From sequence record DRR378314_1835: a stretch of 64,000 nt of DNA; one strand, written 5' to 3'. Positions 52,195 to 61,580 of this stretch are shown piece after piece. Made by a program: the position numbers and the translations under genes. The notes under the pieces were generated by a model. The model was not told the DNA's origin and did no database searches. It worked only from the letters and a program-made list of their open reading frames with translations. Each line of letters begins with the position of its first letter. Within the stretch, counting starts at the first letter, position 1.

Positions 52195-52200
52195 TTTTTT

Positions 52201-52245
52201 TCGCATAATGCAAAAGCACACTTAAAAAGCGATTGCATTATGCGT
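52201..52245. promoter_or_regulatory. two LuxO-type enhancer boxes
   Basis: TCGCA-TAA-TGCAA (52201) and TTGCA-TTA-TGCGT (52233). Confidence 0.7.
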
Positions 52246-52305
52246 ATCAAGCCTGCTTACACCAAGCACTAAAATAAAAACTAATAAAATTCAACTGCTT
52301 ATATT

Positions 52306-52320
52306 TGGCATTCTTCTTGA
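52306..52320 (+). promoter_or_regulatory. sigma-54 promoter (variant -12)
   Basis: TGGCATTCTTCTTGA; IHF-like ATTCAACTGCTTA at 52289-52301. Confidence 0.65.
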
Positions 52321-52358
52321 ATTACTTTAAGAGTCTTTAAACTTAAAAGGTAACAAGC

Positions 52359-52667
52359 ATGATTAATTTAGCCAGCGATACAGAGCAAAAAGTTTTAACA
52401 CTTCCTACAGACTTCTCAGGTTTTGCAGTTGATGAACTAAAAGATAAGTTTGAATATTTTGTAGAACAGGATGCGAGTTCGGTTATTCTTGATTTCTCAA
52501 ACACGGAATTTATCGACTCTTCTGGAATTGGTGCTATTGTTTTTCTATACAAAAGAATTGAAAAACAAGGTAATTCATTATCTTTACTAAATGTGACGGG
52601 TCAGCCGTTTAAGCTAATGAATCTGTTGAGAGTCGATAAAACAATTCCGTTTATAGACTCAATCTAA
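52359..52667 (+). CDS. STAS anti-sigma-factor antagonist (SypA-like)
   Basis: LDFS..EFIDSSGIGAIV with phosphoacceptor Ser. Confidence 0.92.
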   Translation: MINLASDTEQKVLTLPTDFSGFAVDELKDKFEYFVEQDASSVILDFSNTEFIDSSGIGAIVFLYKRIEKQGNSLSLLNVTGQPFKLMNLLRVDKTIPFIDSI

Positions 52668-52686
52668 ATGGACTAAGGAGAGTATA

Positions 52687-53544
52687 ATGAGATCTTATGT
52701 CATCATTGCCATTATTTTGTTTGTAGGTGGGTGTTCTTCTTGGCCGGAGCACGGTAAAGGGGGGCTAGCTGAAAAATATCAAAACTATCCACAGGAAGAT
52801 GAACTATATGATTCTAATTATACGCAACCTGAAGATGTGGTAACCAGTGAGTTTGAGCATTTAGTACTTAAACTTGAATTACTTAAATCACAAGACATCA
52901 AGGCGTGCATGCCTGCGCAGCTACTCAAGGCGCAAATATACGAAAACCGTATTCGTCGATTAATTGCAGCTCAAATGTGGCAAGATGCTGAGCACGACTT
53001 ACTACTTCATTATCATGCGCTAAATCAGCTAACTAATCATTTTGATACTGTTCGTAAACTCACCGATTGCGCACCAGAAACGGCGACCAAGCCTGCGCTT
53101 GTGAATGTTAAAAAACAATTATCAGAATTACTTAATAGTGACAACCAATTTGCATTTAATGCGTTTGAAATAACGCCTAAATATGCCGTGAGAGTGGCCC
53201 AAGCAGCGGATTTAATTAAACAGTTAGAAAGTATCAACATTTTATTGGTAGGTCATACTGATAAATTAGGTACAACGAATAGTAACTATGAGCTTGCTCT
53301 CAAACGTGCAGAAACAGTAAAGCAATGGTTGGTAATATATGGGGTGCCTAAAGCGAGTATTACCACACTGACTCAAGGGAGCTTAAAACCGTATAGTGAC
53401 AATGCAATTCAAAATGAAAGTGCTCGTCACTCAGACCGCAGAGTTGAAGCAATAATACTCGATGCAAATAACACGAATCCACAAGATCAAAAAGAAAAAG
53501 CATTGGTTAAATGGACAAAAATTATTGCAAGTAAAAAGGAGTAG
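52687..53544 (+). CDS. OmpA-domain lipoprotein (SypB-like)
   Basis: lipobox VGGC; GHTD..G...N..LA..RA; DRRVE. Confidence 0.9.
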   Translation: MRSYVIIAIILFVGGCSSWPEHGKGGLAEKYQNYPQEDELYDSNYTQPEDVVTSEFEHLVLKLELLKSQDIKACMPAQLLKAQIYENRIRRLIAAQMWQDAEHDLLLHYHALNQLTNHFDTVRKLTDCAPETATKPALVNVKKQLSELLNSDNQFAFNAFEITPKYAVRVAQAADLIKQLESINILLVGHTDKLGTTNSNYELALKRAETVKQWLVIYGVPKASITTLTQGSLKPYSDNAIQNESARHSDRRVEAIILDANNTNPQDQKEKALVKWTKIIASKKE

Positions 53545-53548
53545 TGCC

Positions 53549-55630
53549 ATGAAAACTATTTTTACTATGCTGATATTACTATTTTTGGTGACCCCTGGTG
53601 CTGCAAGCACAGCTGCTGACGAACTTGAAGTGCAAGTAGGTAACAAACTGTTTTTGTATATACCGGGTGAGGTTGAATTTGATGGCTTATTTGAGGTAGA
53701 TAAAAATGGCCAAATCAATATCCCTGAAATTGGAAAATTTAACGTAGCTAATAAAACGAATGCACAAATAGAATCTGAATTAAAGCCGCTGTTAACAGAG
53801 CTATATGTTGCAATTGATGATTTTTATGTGGAGGTGCGTAGCCGCGATATTTTTATTAACGTGTTAGGTTATGTCATTAACCCATCTCAAGTTAGTATTC
53901 CAGATGACGGCAACATTCAAATGGTTATTGCAAAAGCCGATGGCTTAAAGCCGGGTGCTCAGCTTGATAGGCTACAGATAAGACGTGGCGATGAGGTCAT
54001 TGAATTTAACTACAAGGCCTACCTAGACACAGGCAATATTAGCCTATTACCCCCACTTAAAAGTGAAGATACCGTGTTTGTGCCTGTCTCTCCTTTGTTA
54101 GGTAATGTGCAAATAGATTTTGATGCACAAACGCTCAGTGCCACTGGGGATGCCAGCGACAAAAGCGCCATCACTATTTTAGGTGAAGTACACAACCCAG
54201 GTAGTTTTTCATTCAAAGAAAAAATGACAATTTTAGATGCGCTAATGCGTGCAGAAGGGGTGACGCGTTACGCTGACGTGACCAAAATAAGAGTCATTTT
54301 AAATGAAACCCCTGTCATATTTGATTTAAAAGCTTATCTTGATAAACCAGTTAATAGTATGCCTGAGCTAGAAGCAGGGTCGACTATTTACGTCCCCATT
54401 ATGGTGGATGATGTCAATACTACCTCGCGTACAGTTTATATTATGGGAGAGGTGCAAAAACCTGGTGCCTATGAAGCGGCAGACAGTACTAATTTTTTAG
54501 ATATTTTAGCTAATGCTGGCGGGCCTACACGGTTTGCTGAAACACGTTTAATTAAAATATTGACCCCTCAAGGCGAGAGTATTTTATTTGATTTACAAAG
54601 TTACAGTGAAGGCACACAAACAGTTAAGGTGCCTGATCTTAATCCAGGTGATGTCATATTTGTGCCTGAGAAAACAGACGTTAATGAAAAAAGCTGGTTA
54701 AAAATCCCCACTAAACGAGCAATAAAAATCATTGGTGCTATTCAATCGCCAGGACGTTATGAGTGGAGCAATGAGATGGACTTTACCGATTTACTTGCGC
54801 ATGCTGGTGGGCCAACCAAAGGGGCGAACATCAATGATATTAAAATAATTCGAGATGGTGAAGAAACCCAGCGTTTTGATTTAGAAAAATACACCATTAC
54901 TGACGGGCAAACTTCTTTACCTGATTTGCATGCAGGCGACACCATTATTGTGGAAGAATTACCCGTTGATCCAGCTGATAATAAATCGCAATGGATACGC
55001 CAAGAGTCGAGTAAGTCAATCTACATTATGGGACAAGTGGGCTCTCCTGGGCGCTATGCGTTTAATGATAATATGCACTTCATTGATATTCTGTCAGCTG
55101 CTGATGGGCCAAATGCAAATGCAGACATTAGAAATATCCGCGTAACACATCGTAATAGTAATCGTGCACGGGTAAGCAAGTTAGATTTAGCGCTTTATTT
55201 TGAAACAGGTGATGAAACATTATTTCCGCACGTGCAGCCTGGCGATACTATTTTTATCCCAGAAAAAAACAAAGACTGGTTGCGCACACCTAAAGAACGG
55301 GTTGTACGCATTATGGGCGCGGTACAAAAGCCAGGGCGGTATAACTTTGACGATACCATGTCTATTCTTGATGTATTGGCGGAAGCTGGTGGGCCACTGA
55401 ATTCAGCGTTAATTGATAAAATTGTTGTCGTTAATCATTCATGTTGTAAAGAGCAGTCGAGGGTTTTTGATTTAGAGGCGTTTATTAAGTCACCTAATTC
55501 AGCAAATATTCCTGTATTGCGTGCCGGCGACACGCTTTATGTGCCAGATAAAGGGCAGGATTTACTCAGTCAATTTAAAGACAATTTCCTCGACTTTATT
55601 ACTATTATTGCGCTAGTGGTGGGCTTATGA
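53549..55630 (+). CDS. multi-SLBB polysaccharide export protein (SypC-like)
   Basis: GQINIPEIG export motif; repeated GEV.KPG.Y/LA.AGGP units; hydrophobic C-terminus. Confidence 0.9.
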   Translation: MKTIFTMLILLFLVTPGAASTAADELEVQVGNKLFLYIPGEVEFDGLFEVDKNGQINIPEIGKFNVANKTNAQIESELKPLLTELYVAIDDFYVEVRSRDIFINVLGYVINPSQVSIPDDGNIQMVIAKADGLKPGAQLDRLQIRRGDEVIEFNYKAYLDTGNISLLPPLKSEDTVFVPVSPLLGNVQIDFDAQTLSATGDASDKSAITILGEVHNPGSFSFKEKMTILDALMRAEGVTRYADVTKIRVILNETPVIFDLKAYLDKPVNSMPELEAGSTIYVPIMVDDVNTTSRTVYIMGEVQKPGAYEAADSTNFLDILANAGGPTRFAETRLIKILTPQGESILFDLQSYSEGTQTVKVPDLNPGDVIFVPEKTDVNEKSWLKIPTKRAIKIIGAIQSPGRYEWSNEMDFTDLLAHAGGPTKGANINDIKIIRDGEETQRFDLEKYTITDGQTSLPDLHAGDTIIVEELPVDPADNKSQWIRQESSKSIYIMGQVGSPGRYAFNDNMHFIDILSAADGPNANADIRNIRVTHRNSNRARVSKLDLALYFETGDETLFPHVQPGDTIFIPEKNKDWLRTPKERVVRIMGAVQKPGRYNFDDTMSILDVLAEAGGPLNSALIDKIVVVNHSCCKEQSRVFDLEAFIKSPNSANIPVLRAGDTLYVPDKGQDLLSQFKDNFLDFITIIALVVGL

Positions 55631-56331
55631 AAATTATACCAGAGCAGTACCATGAGTTAGAAACAATCTGTAATACTATTAAAGATAGTGATGCGCGGTG
55701 TGTCACGTTTATTTCATTACATGGTGCAGAAGGGTCATCTAGTGCCTGTATAAGCGTTGCAAGGCGTTTACAAAGCCAAAATCAATCAGTGTTAATTATT
55801 GACCTTAATCCAATAAGCTCATTTAACATTGATGAGCATTTACCAAGCTTAACGAATGAGTGGCGATTTGATGATATTTCATGCCAGCTCAGTGTATTAC
55901 CTTACAAAGAAGTTAATATACTAACGATAAAAAACTTATCGGCTATTGAATCAGCAAAAAATAAGCATGTTTTGAATGAGGCAATTATCCGTTTAAAGCA
56001 AGAATATGATTATATCTTGTTAGATATGTCACCGGCTTTAAAGCTTAATCGTAACAATGTTCCCTTGCACTCACTAAGTTTGTGTAGCGATTTAACGTTG
56101 GTTACTGTTGGGTTGGGTATCAACGATGAAGAGTCATTGTGTGAAGGTGTTCGGGAATTAAAACAGGCAGGACATAGCAATATAAAAATGTTAGTTAGCC
56201 AACATGATTTTGCCCCCTTAGGTGAAAGAGTCTTGCTCTTTTTAGAGAGTAAAGCTCAGAAGTGGCCGAAAGTGTGTCGGCTATTAAGTAACAAAATACA
56301 TAAACAGAAATGGCTGTTTAAGCATTACTGA
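55627..56331 (+). CDS. CpsD/CapB-like P-loop protein (SypD-like), degenerate Walker A
   Basis: SLHGAEGSSS, VLIIDLN, YDYILLD. Confidence 0.75.
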   Translation: MKIIPEQYHELETICNTIKDSDARCVTFISLHGAEGSSSACISVARRLQSQNQSVLIIDLNPISSFNIDEHLPSLTNEWRFDDISCQLSVLPYKEVNILTIKNLSAIESAKNKHVLNEAIIRLKQEYDYILLDMSPALKLNRNNVPLHSLSLCSDLTLVTVGLGINDEESLCEGVRELKQAGHSNIKMLVSQHDFAPLGERVLLFLESKAQKWPKVCRLLSNKIHKQKWLFKHY

Positions 56332-56339
56332 GGGGCTGC

Positions 56340-57800
56340 ATGGATATTTTATTTGAACGACGTTTTGAATTACTTTGGCCAACATTAACTGAAATTCGCC
56401 AAGTACTTAAACATGTATTAGGGGCATTGTCTGTTAAGCGTGATGAAGCTGATGCAGCCGGATTGGTTGCAACGGAATATTTAACTAATCTTATTCGCCA
56501 TAATGAGGGAAGTGAGCAGTGGATCACTGTGCGCATAAGTCAAATAAGCAGTGATTCGTATCACTTAACTTTTATCGATGAACTAAAACCCTATAACCTA
56601 TTTGAAAAAAATAACTCCACTTGGAAAATAGACTCTGAAGAGCTGGTGGAGGGAGGAATGGGGGTTGAATTGATTCGCCACTATTTCGCTGACGCCTCAT
56701 ATGAAACAATTGAGTTAAAAAACTTTTTTACATTTCCTTTAACTCAGATTGATAAGCGACCTTGCGTTATCTATGTTGATGACGATGTAACTCAGCTTGC
56801 ACTGATGAAAGCCTATTTAAAAGACAAGTTTCAAGTTATTACATGTGAAAATATCGAGGCCGGTTGGCAAGCTATTCTAACGTCGGATGCAAGTATTCTG
56901 TTATTGGATCATAAGCTCAAAAATGGCACTTGTGAGCCGCTATTGGCGAAGCTAAATCGTTCGAACCTTAAGTCCCAATTATCTGTTGTTATGCTTACGG
57001 GTGATGACAGTGAAGAGGTGATCAGTAAAATTAACCGTTTAGGTGTTGATGATTACTTAATTAAACCCGTAAAGAAAAACAAACTATTACAAAGTATTGA
57101 GCGTGTTACACATCGATTTGCCTACTTGTCATACCAAAGCACGTTTGGTCAGGCTCCAGCAAAGGTCCACCTTGCAAATAAAAAAACTGCGCATATTTTT
57201 GGCTCAATTAGCGTTGGCAATGGCGGCGATTTTTTTATGCCAATCAATGATGAAGGCAGTGCGTTTATACTCGGTGACATGATGGGGCACGGGTTACAAG
57301 CTTTGAAAGAAAGCTTTGCAATTAAAGGTTTTATAAGTGGATTTTTAGCAACAGGACTCGCTTACCAAGATATGCTGAGTGCATTAAATGATGCACTTTA
57401 CAAGCAACAACTATGTAAATCGAGCCTAGTGACCTTGGTTATTTGCTTCTTAAAAGACAACAAACTGTATTGGTTAAATGCAGGTCATCCAGCTCCAGTG
57501 GTAATTTATAAAGATGGCACTGTTTTACAGCTTACAGGTACCGGTCCGTTACTCGGTCTTTCAAAAGAGCATACTTATACACTTTATGAAGCTGAGTTAG
57601 AAAATGTAGAGCACCTTTTGGTGTATACCGATGGTTGGACCGAGAATCGATGTGCTGATATGAATGAAATTGCTGAACTAAAAAAAATAATACCCCCTCA
57701 CCAGGACTCTGCTGAGGAGTTTGCTCATTTATTATGGAAAAATTCACAAGTAATCCTTTCTAAAGAAGTAGATGATGCATCGTTGGTGATCATTAATTGA
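56340..57800 (+). CDS. RsbW-like kinase + receiver + PP2C/SpoIIE phosphatase (SypE-like)
   Basis: TEYLTNLIRH, EGGMG; VDDD..LLLD..KP; GGDF, GDMMGHG, NAGHP, YTDG, DDAS. Confidence 0.9.
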   Translation: MDILFERRFELLWPTLTEIRQVLKHVLGALSVKRDEADAAGLVATEYLTNLIRHNEGSEQWITVRISQISSDSYHLTFIDELKPYNLFEKNNSTWKIDSEELVEGGMGVELIRHYFADASYETIELKNFFTFPLTQIDKRPCVIYVDDDVTQLALMKAYLKDKFQVITCENIEAGWQAILTSDASILLLDHKLKNGTCEPLLAKLNRSNLKSQLSVVMLTGDDSEEVISKINRLGVDDYLIKPVKKNKLLQSIERVTHRFAYLSYQSTFGQAPAKVHLANKKTAHIFGSISVGNGGDFFMPINDEGSAFILGDMMGHGLQALKESFAIKGFISGFLATGLAYQDMLSALNDALYKQQLCKSSLVTLVICFLKDNKLYWLNAGHPAPVVIYKDGTVLQLTGTGPLLGLSKEHTYTLYEAELENVEHLLVYTDGWTENRCADMNEIAELKKIIPPHQDSAEEFAHLLWKNSQVILSKEVDDASLVIIN

Positions 57801-57893
57801 ATTTGATTTAATGTGTTTTATATAGTTAACTTAAATTGCGCTAGGCGAATAATAATTAAAGTAATTTTAGTGGATAGCTAAGGGGAAAGGATA

Positions 57894-59300
57894 ATGCCAC
57901 CAACAATTTTAATTGTAGAAGATACCCAGTCGTTAGCTATGATGTACCAAGCCTATTTACTCCCTACAGGTGTCAACACCTTGCTTGCTAATGACGGGGC
58001 AACTGCTTTAGAAATCATAGATCGCGTCAAGCCTGACTTAATCGTGCTAGATGTTATGCTTCCTGATATGAATGGTTTGGATATACTCGCTCAATTAGAA
58101 CCCGAAAACTCTCCACAAGTGGTTGTTTTAACTGGCCACGCCACTAAAGAAATGGCAATCCAAGCAATAAAATTGGGGGCGAGTGACTTTTTAGAAAAGC
58201 CTGTTGAAGCAGATCGCTTTAGAATAACAATAAATAATGCTCTCAAAATTAAAGACCTAAAACAAAAAGTTACCACATACAAAAACACATATGAAAATGG
58301 TCGTTATTTTGATTTGATTGGTAGCTCAAAACAAATGCAGTCTGTTTATCAAATCATCAGCTCTGCATCTGTGAGTAAAGCGACGGTGTTTATTACTGGC
58401 GAAAGCGGCACAGGGAAAGAGTTGTGCGCACGTGCTGTCCATCAAGCATCTAGCAGAGCTAGTAAGCCATTTGTGGCATTAAATTGTGCCGCAATACCTA
58501 AAGATTTGATAGAAAGCGAAATATTTGGTCATCTAAAGGGGGCATTTACAGGAGCTATTGCAAATCGTGCTGGTGCTGCAGGTCAAGCTGATGGTGGAAC
58601 ACTCTTTTTAGATGAGTTGTGTGAAATGGATATCAATCTGCAAAGCAAGTTGCTGCGTTTTATCCAAACGGGAACCTATCAGTTAGTGGGTAGCGAAAAA
58701 GAGGTTAAAGTTGACGTGCGTTTTGTGTGTGCGACAAATCGAGATCCTTTAGCTGAAGTTGAGGCGGGACGATTTAGGGAAGATTTGTATTATCGATTAC
58801 ATGTGATCCCTATCGAACTTCCTCCTTTACGCGAGCGTGAAGGCGATATTATTGAAATAGCTGAGGCCTTGTTTGTAAAAATAGCGAAAGAAGAGAGCCA
58901 CCCATTTAAGTCTATGACAATGGATGTAAAGCACGCTTTTAGCCAATATGATTGGCCGGGTAATGTTAGGCAGTTAGAGAACGTAATTCGAAATATATTA
59001 GTACTCAATCCACAAGAAATAATTGATGTAAATATGCTTCCAGTTCTTCCAAATAGCAACATTAAAACACCGTTGCCAATTGAGAAAAAAGAACCTGAAA
59101 ACCGTGTTTCTGTAGAAGATTTAACGGCATTACCTTCAGATGAAGCTGGGGTGAAGGCGCTTTGGCTGGCTGAGAAAGAATACATAGAAAGAGTAATCGA
59201 TATTTGTGCCAGTAATATTCCTAAAGCCGCGGCACTATTAGATGTGAGCCCCTCTACTCTTTACAGAAAAATTAAAGGGTGGGAGGAAAGTGCTACTTAG
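57894..59300 (+). CDS. luxO: sigma-54-dependent response regulator, LuxO-like
   Basis: VEDT.S.A..Y..YL.P; KPVEADRFRITINNA; GESGTGKE; GAFTGA; DELCEMD; NIPKAAALLDVSPSTLYRK. Confidence 0.75.
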   Translation: MPPTILIVEDTQSLAMMYQAYLLPTGVNTLLANDGATALEIIDRVKPDLIVLDVMLPDMNGLDILAQLEPENSPQVVVLTGHATKEMAIQAIKLGASDFLEKPVEADRFRITINNALKIKDLKQKVTTYKNTYENGRYFDLIGSSKQMQSVYQIISSASVSKATVFITGESGTGKELCARAVHQASSRASKPFVALNCAAIPKDLIESEIFGHLKGAFTGAIANRAGAAGQADGGTLFLDELCEMDINLQSKLLRFIQTGTYQLVGSEKEVKVDVRFVCATNRDPLAEVEAGRFREDLYYRLHVIPIELPPLREREGDIIEIAEALFVKIAKEESHPFKSMTMDVKHAFSQYDWPGNVRQLENVIRNILVLNPQEIIDVNMLPVLPNSNIKTPLPIEKKEPENRVSVEDLTALPSDEAGVKALWLAEKEYIERVIDICASNIPKAAALLDVSPSTLYRKIKGWEESAT

Positions 59301-60307
59301 TTAGGCGCATTGTAAGCATCAAGCAATATTGAAAATTGTTGTTTGCCGGAAAACCTTTGCGTAAGGACTGAGTAAGCATTTTGTATCATTATTTTTTTAC
59401 TTTCAGGATGCAGCGTTAGCAGTGTTTCAATGCATTGTTGGCATTCTTTTTCATGTCCTTTATTCATTAATAGTCCGTTAGTTTTATTGATAATACTTGG
59501 TATTTCGCCAACGGGGCTGCTAATTACTAGTTTATTCTTGGACATTGCTTCAAGTAGTGTCATTGGCAAGCCTTCCTCTCGAGAGCAGATGAGTAACACA
59601 TCTATGTTATGCCAAATTTCATCTCGTTTAGCTAATCCGTAATACTGTAAGTTACTTATTTTTGGAATATCTTTTTTCATTGGGCCATCACCAAAAAGAT
59701 GAAAGCTCACATTAGGGTTGTTCTTCATATTGTTTGCTAGTGAAAAGAAAATATCAGGTGCTTTTTCGTAAGATAGTCGCCCCACAAACCCGACTCTAAT
59801 ATGACTATGAGTTTCGATAGGGGGAACTTCTTTAGGCATATCTATAAAATTTTCAAGTAATGTTGCATTATGAATTGTTTTTTTAATTTTACGTGAAACT
59901 GCGAAATTAGTAGAAAGTATTGATAGCCACACGTCTAGCTTGTTATAAAACCACATTTTTCCTTTGCCAGCCTCGCCAGCATGATAGGTGCTAATACAAC
60001 GTCGCCCCATTATTTTGCAAGCTATACGGCCTAAAATACCCGCTTTATAGCCATGCGTATGGATGACCGTATGTTTATCATACTGAGTGAATTGATTTAT
60101 CAAGCTACTGAGTGTACCTTGAATGAAGGAATACTCTACGCTCTCTTTATCAAGCAGTGTATAAAATTCATGATTGTGATGATTTTTATAAAATAATACA
60201 GAGCAGCTAACATGATTATTTTTTAGTAGCTTAAATAGTTCTACTATATGGGTTTCAATGCCGCCGATCATGGATGAGTCGACAAATAAAACAACCTGAC
60301 ATTTCAT
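59297..60307 (-). CDS. family 4 glycosyltransferase (SypH-like)
   Basis: GGIETH, HTHGYKAG, VGRLSYEK, EEGLPMTLLEAM. Confidence 0.92.
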   Translation of the reverse strand: MKCQVVLFVDSSMIGGIETHIVELFKLLKNNHVSCSVLFYKNHHNHEFYTLLDKESVEYSFIQGTLSSLINQFTQYDKHTVIHTHGYKAGILGRIACKIMGRRCISTYHAGEAGKGKMWFYNKLDVWLSILSTNFAVSRKIKKTIHNATLLENFIDMPKEVPPIETHSHIRVGFVGRLSYEKAPDIFFSLANNMKNNPNVSFHLFGDGPMKKDIPKISNLQYYGLAKRDEIWHNIDVLLICSREEGLPMTLLEAMSKNKLVISSPVGEIPSIINKTNGLLMNKGHEKECQQCIETLLTLHPESKKIMIQNAYSVLTQRFSGKQQFSILLDAYNAPN

Positions 60308-60328
60308 ACTTAACTCCTAAAGAACAAT

Positions 60329-60661
60329 ATGATTGATAATTCCATAATAGAACAACTTAAATCTGATGTGGGTGAAATTTTAGCCATCGAACTAATCCAC
60401 GTTTTTGTTGATGAATCGCAAAAGTTAGTCGCAGAGATGGTTCACTCATCTGATGCTAAAACAATAGAAATAAACGCGCACAGTTTAAAGAGTAGTTGCA
60501 ACAGCTTTGGTGCTACCCAATTAGCGCAAACGTGTTTGCAAATTGAAAAAACTGTTAACCAAGAGGGTGTAAGCTCCCAGTTACAACAACTTTTAAAAGT
60601 AGCGGAGTCCCAAAGCGAGCTCACCTTTAAGCAACTTGCGTTGGTAATCAAAAATCCTTAA
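60329..60661 (+). CDS. stand-alone Hpt phosphotransfer protein, LuxU-like
   Basis: AHSLKSSCNSFGA Hpt motif. Confidence 0.9.
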   Translation: MIDNSIIEQLKSDVGEILAIELIHVFVDESQKLVAEMVHSSDAKTIEINAHSLKSSCNSFGATQLAQTCLQIEKTVNQEGVSSQLQQLLKVAESQSELTFKQLALVIKNP

Positions 60662-61530
60662 ACAAGAGGGCTTTCATCTATTGAGCTTTTTAAAAAAGTA
60701 CAAAATATATGATTTAGCTCGCTAATATCGTGCAAGTGGTTTGAGTGATTTTTAAAATGTGAATTACTAGCTAAAATTTCAGAAATAGCCGAAGGTGAGA
60801 TACTTAAATCGTATATTTTGCTACCGAGCTGCTCTTGCAGCCAATCAATTCCAGCACTTTGAATATGCTTCATAACACTGTTTTCTTCAGCTGTGTTTTC
60901 AATAAAGACCCGGCACGCAGATGTTTTTTCAACGGCTCGAAGTATATCGTCGATTAACAACGCGGGCATCACGCTAGATATAATACTGCCGGGCCCAATA
61001 ATAACTAAATCAGCATTTAAAATAGCATCGACACACCCAGGCGATGCAGCCACTTTATTAGATAAATAGATTTTATCGGGAAGAGAATTTAACGCATCAA
61101 TGGCGCATTCACCAAAAACCTCTTCACCATTGCTTAAAATAGCGACGAGGTCTGTTGGTGATTCAGTCATCGGTAATACTGTCTCAGAGTTACCTAAAAG
61201 CTTATTGAATTTTGCAATTGCTGCTGTTGCAGAATGTGATGCTTGTAGCATGTTTAACAGGACTAAATTGCCTAAGCAGTGGCCTTTTAAATCACCAGTG
61301 GTAAATCTATGCTCATAAATTTTCCTCGTAACGGCTGAGTCATCAGCAAGTTGAACACTGCAGCGCCTTATATCTCCAAGTGCAATACAGTTATGTAATT
61401 GCCTAATTTTTCCCGTGCTTCCACCATTGTCGGTAGTCGCAACAATAGCTGTTAATTGATTACACACTGGCTTTATTGCACTTAAAACTTGTGCGAGTCC
61501 GTGACCACCACCAATACATACTATATTCAT
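60658..61530 (-). CDS. yvcK: YvcK/CofD-related UDP-GlcNAc-binding protein
   Basis: IGGGHGL, TTDNGGSTG, GDIR, GHCLGNL, IIGPGS. Confidence 0.88.
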   Translation of the reverse strand: MNIVCIGGGHGLAQVLSAIKPVCNQLTAIVATTDNGGSTGKIRQLHNCIALGDIRRCSVQLADDSAVTRKIYEHRFTTGDLKGHCLGNLVLLNMLQASHSATAAIAKFNKLLGNSETVLPMTESPTDLVAILSNGEEVFGECAIDALNSLPDKIYLSNKVAASPGCVDAILNADLVIIGPGSIISSVMPALLIDDILRAVEKTSACRVFIENTAEENSVMKHIQSAGIDWLQEQLGSKIYDLSISPSAISEILASNSHFKNHSNHLHDISELNHIFCTFLKSSIDESPLV

Positions 61531-61564
61531 GCACTTGCCCCTTCGCTTGCTTATACTGTTAGTA

Positions 61565-61580
61565 AGCAGTAATCGTTCCA
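61565..61580 (-). promoter_or_regulatory. sigma-54 promoter of yvcK
   Basis: minus strand TGGAACGATTACTGCT; IHF-like ACTCAATGATTTA at 61598-61610; box TTGCA-TAA-CGCGA at 61663-61675. Confidence 0.6.

Noticed and set aside
57800-57894. Qrr1-like sRNA upstream of the luxO-like gene
   Set aside because: No GGGTCACCTAGCCAACTGAC-like core, no divergent sigma-54 promoter and no terminator in the 93-bp gap
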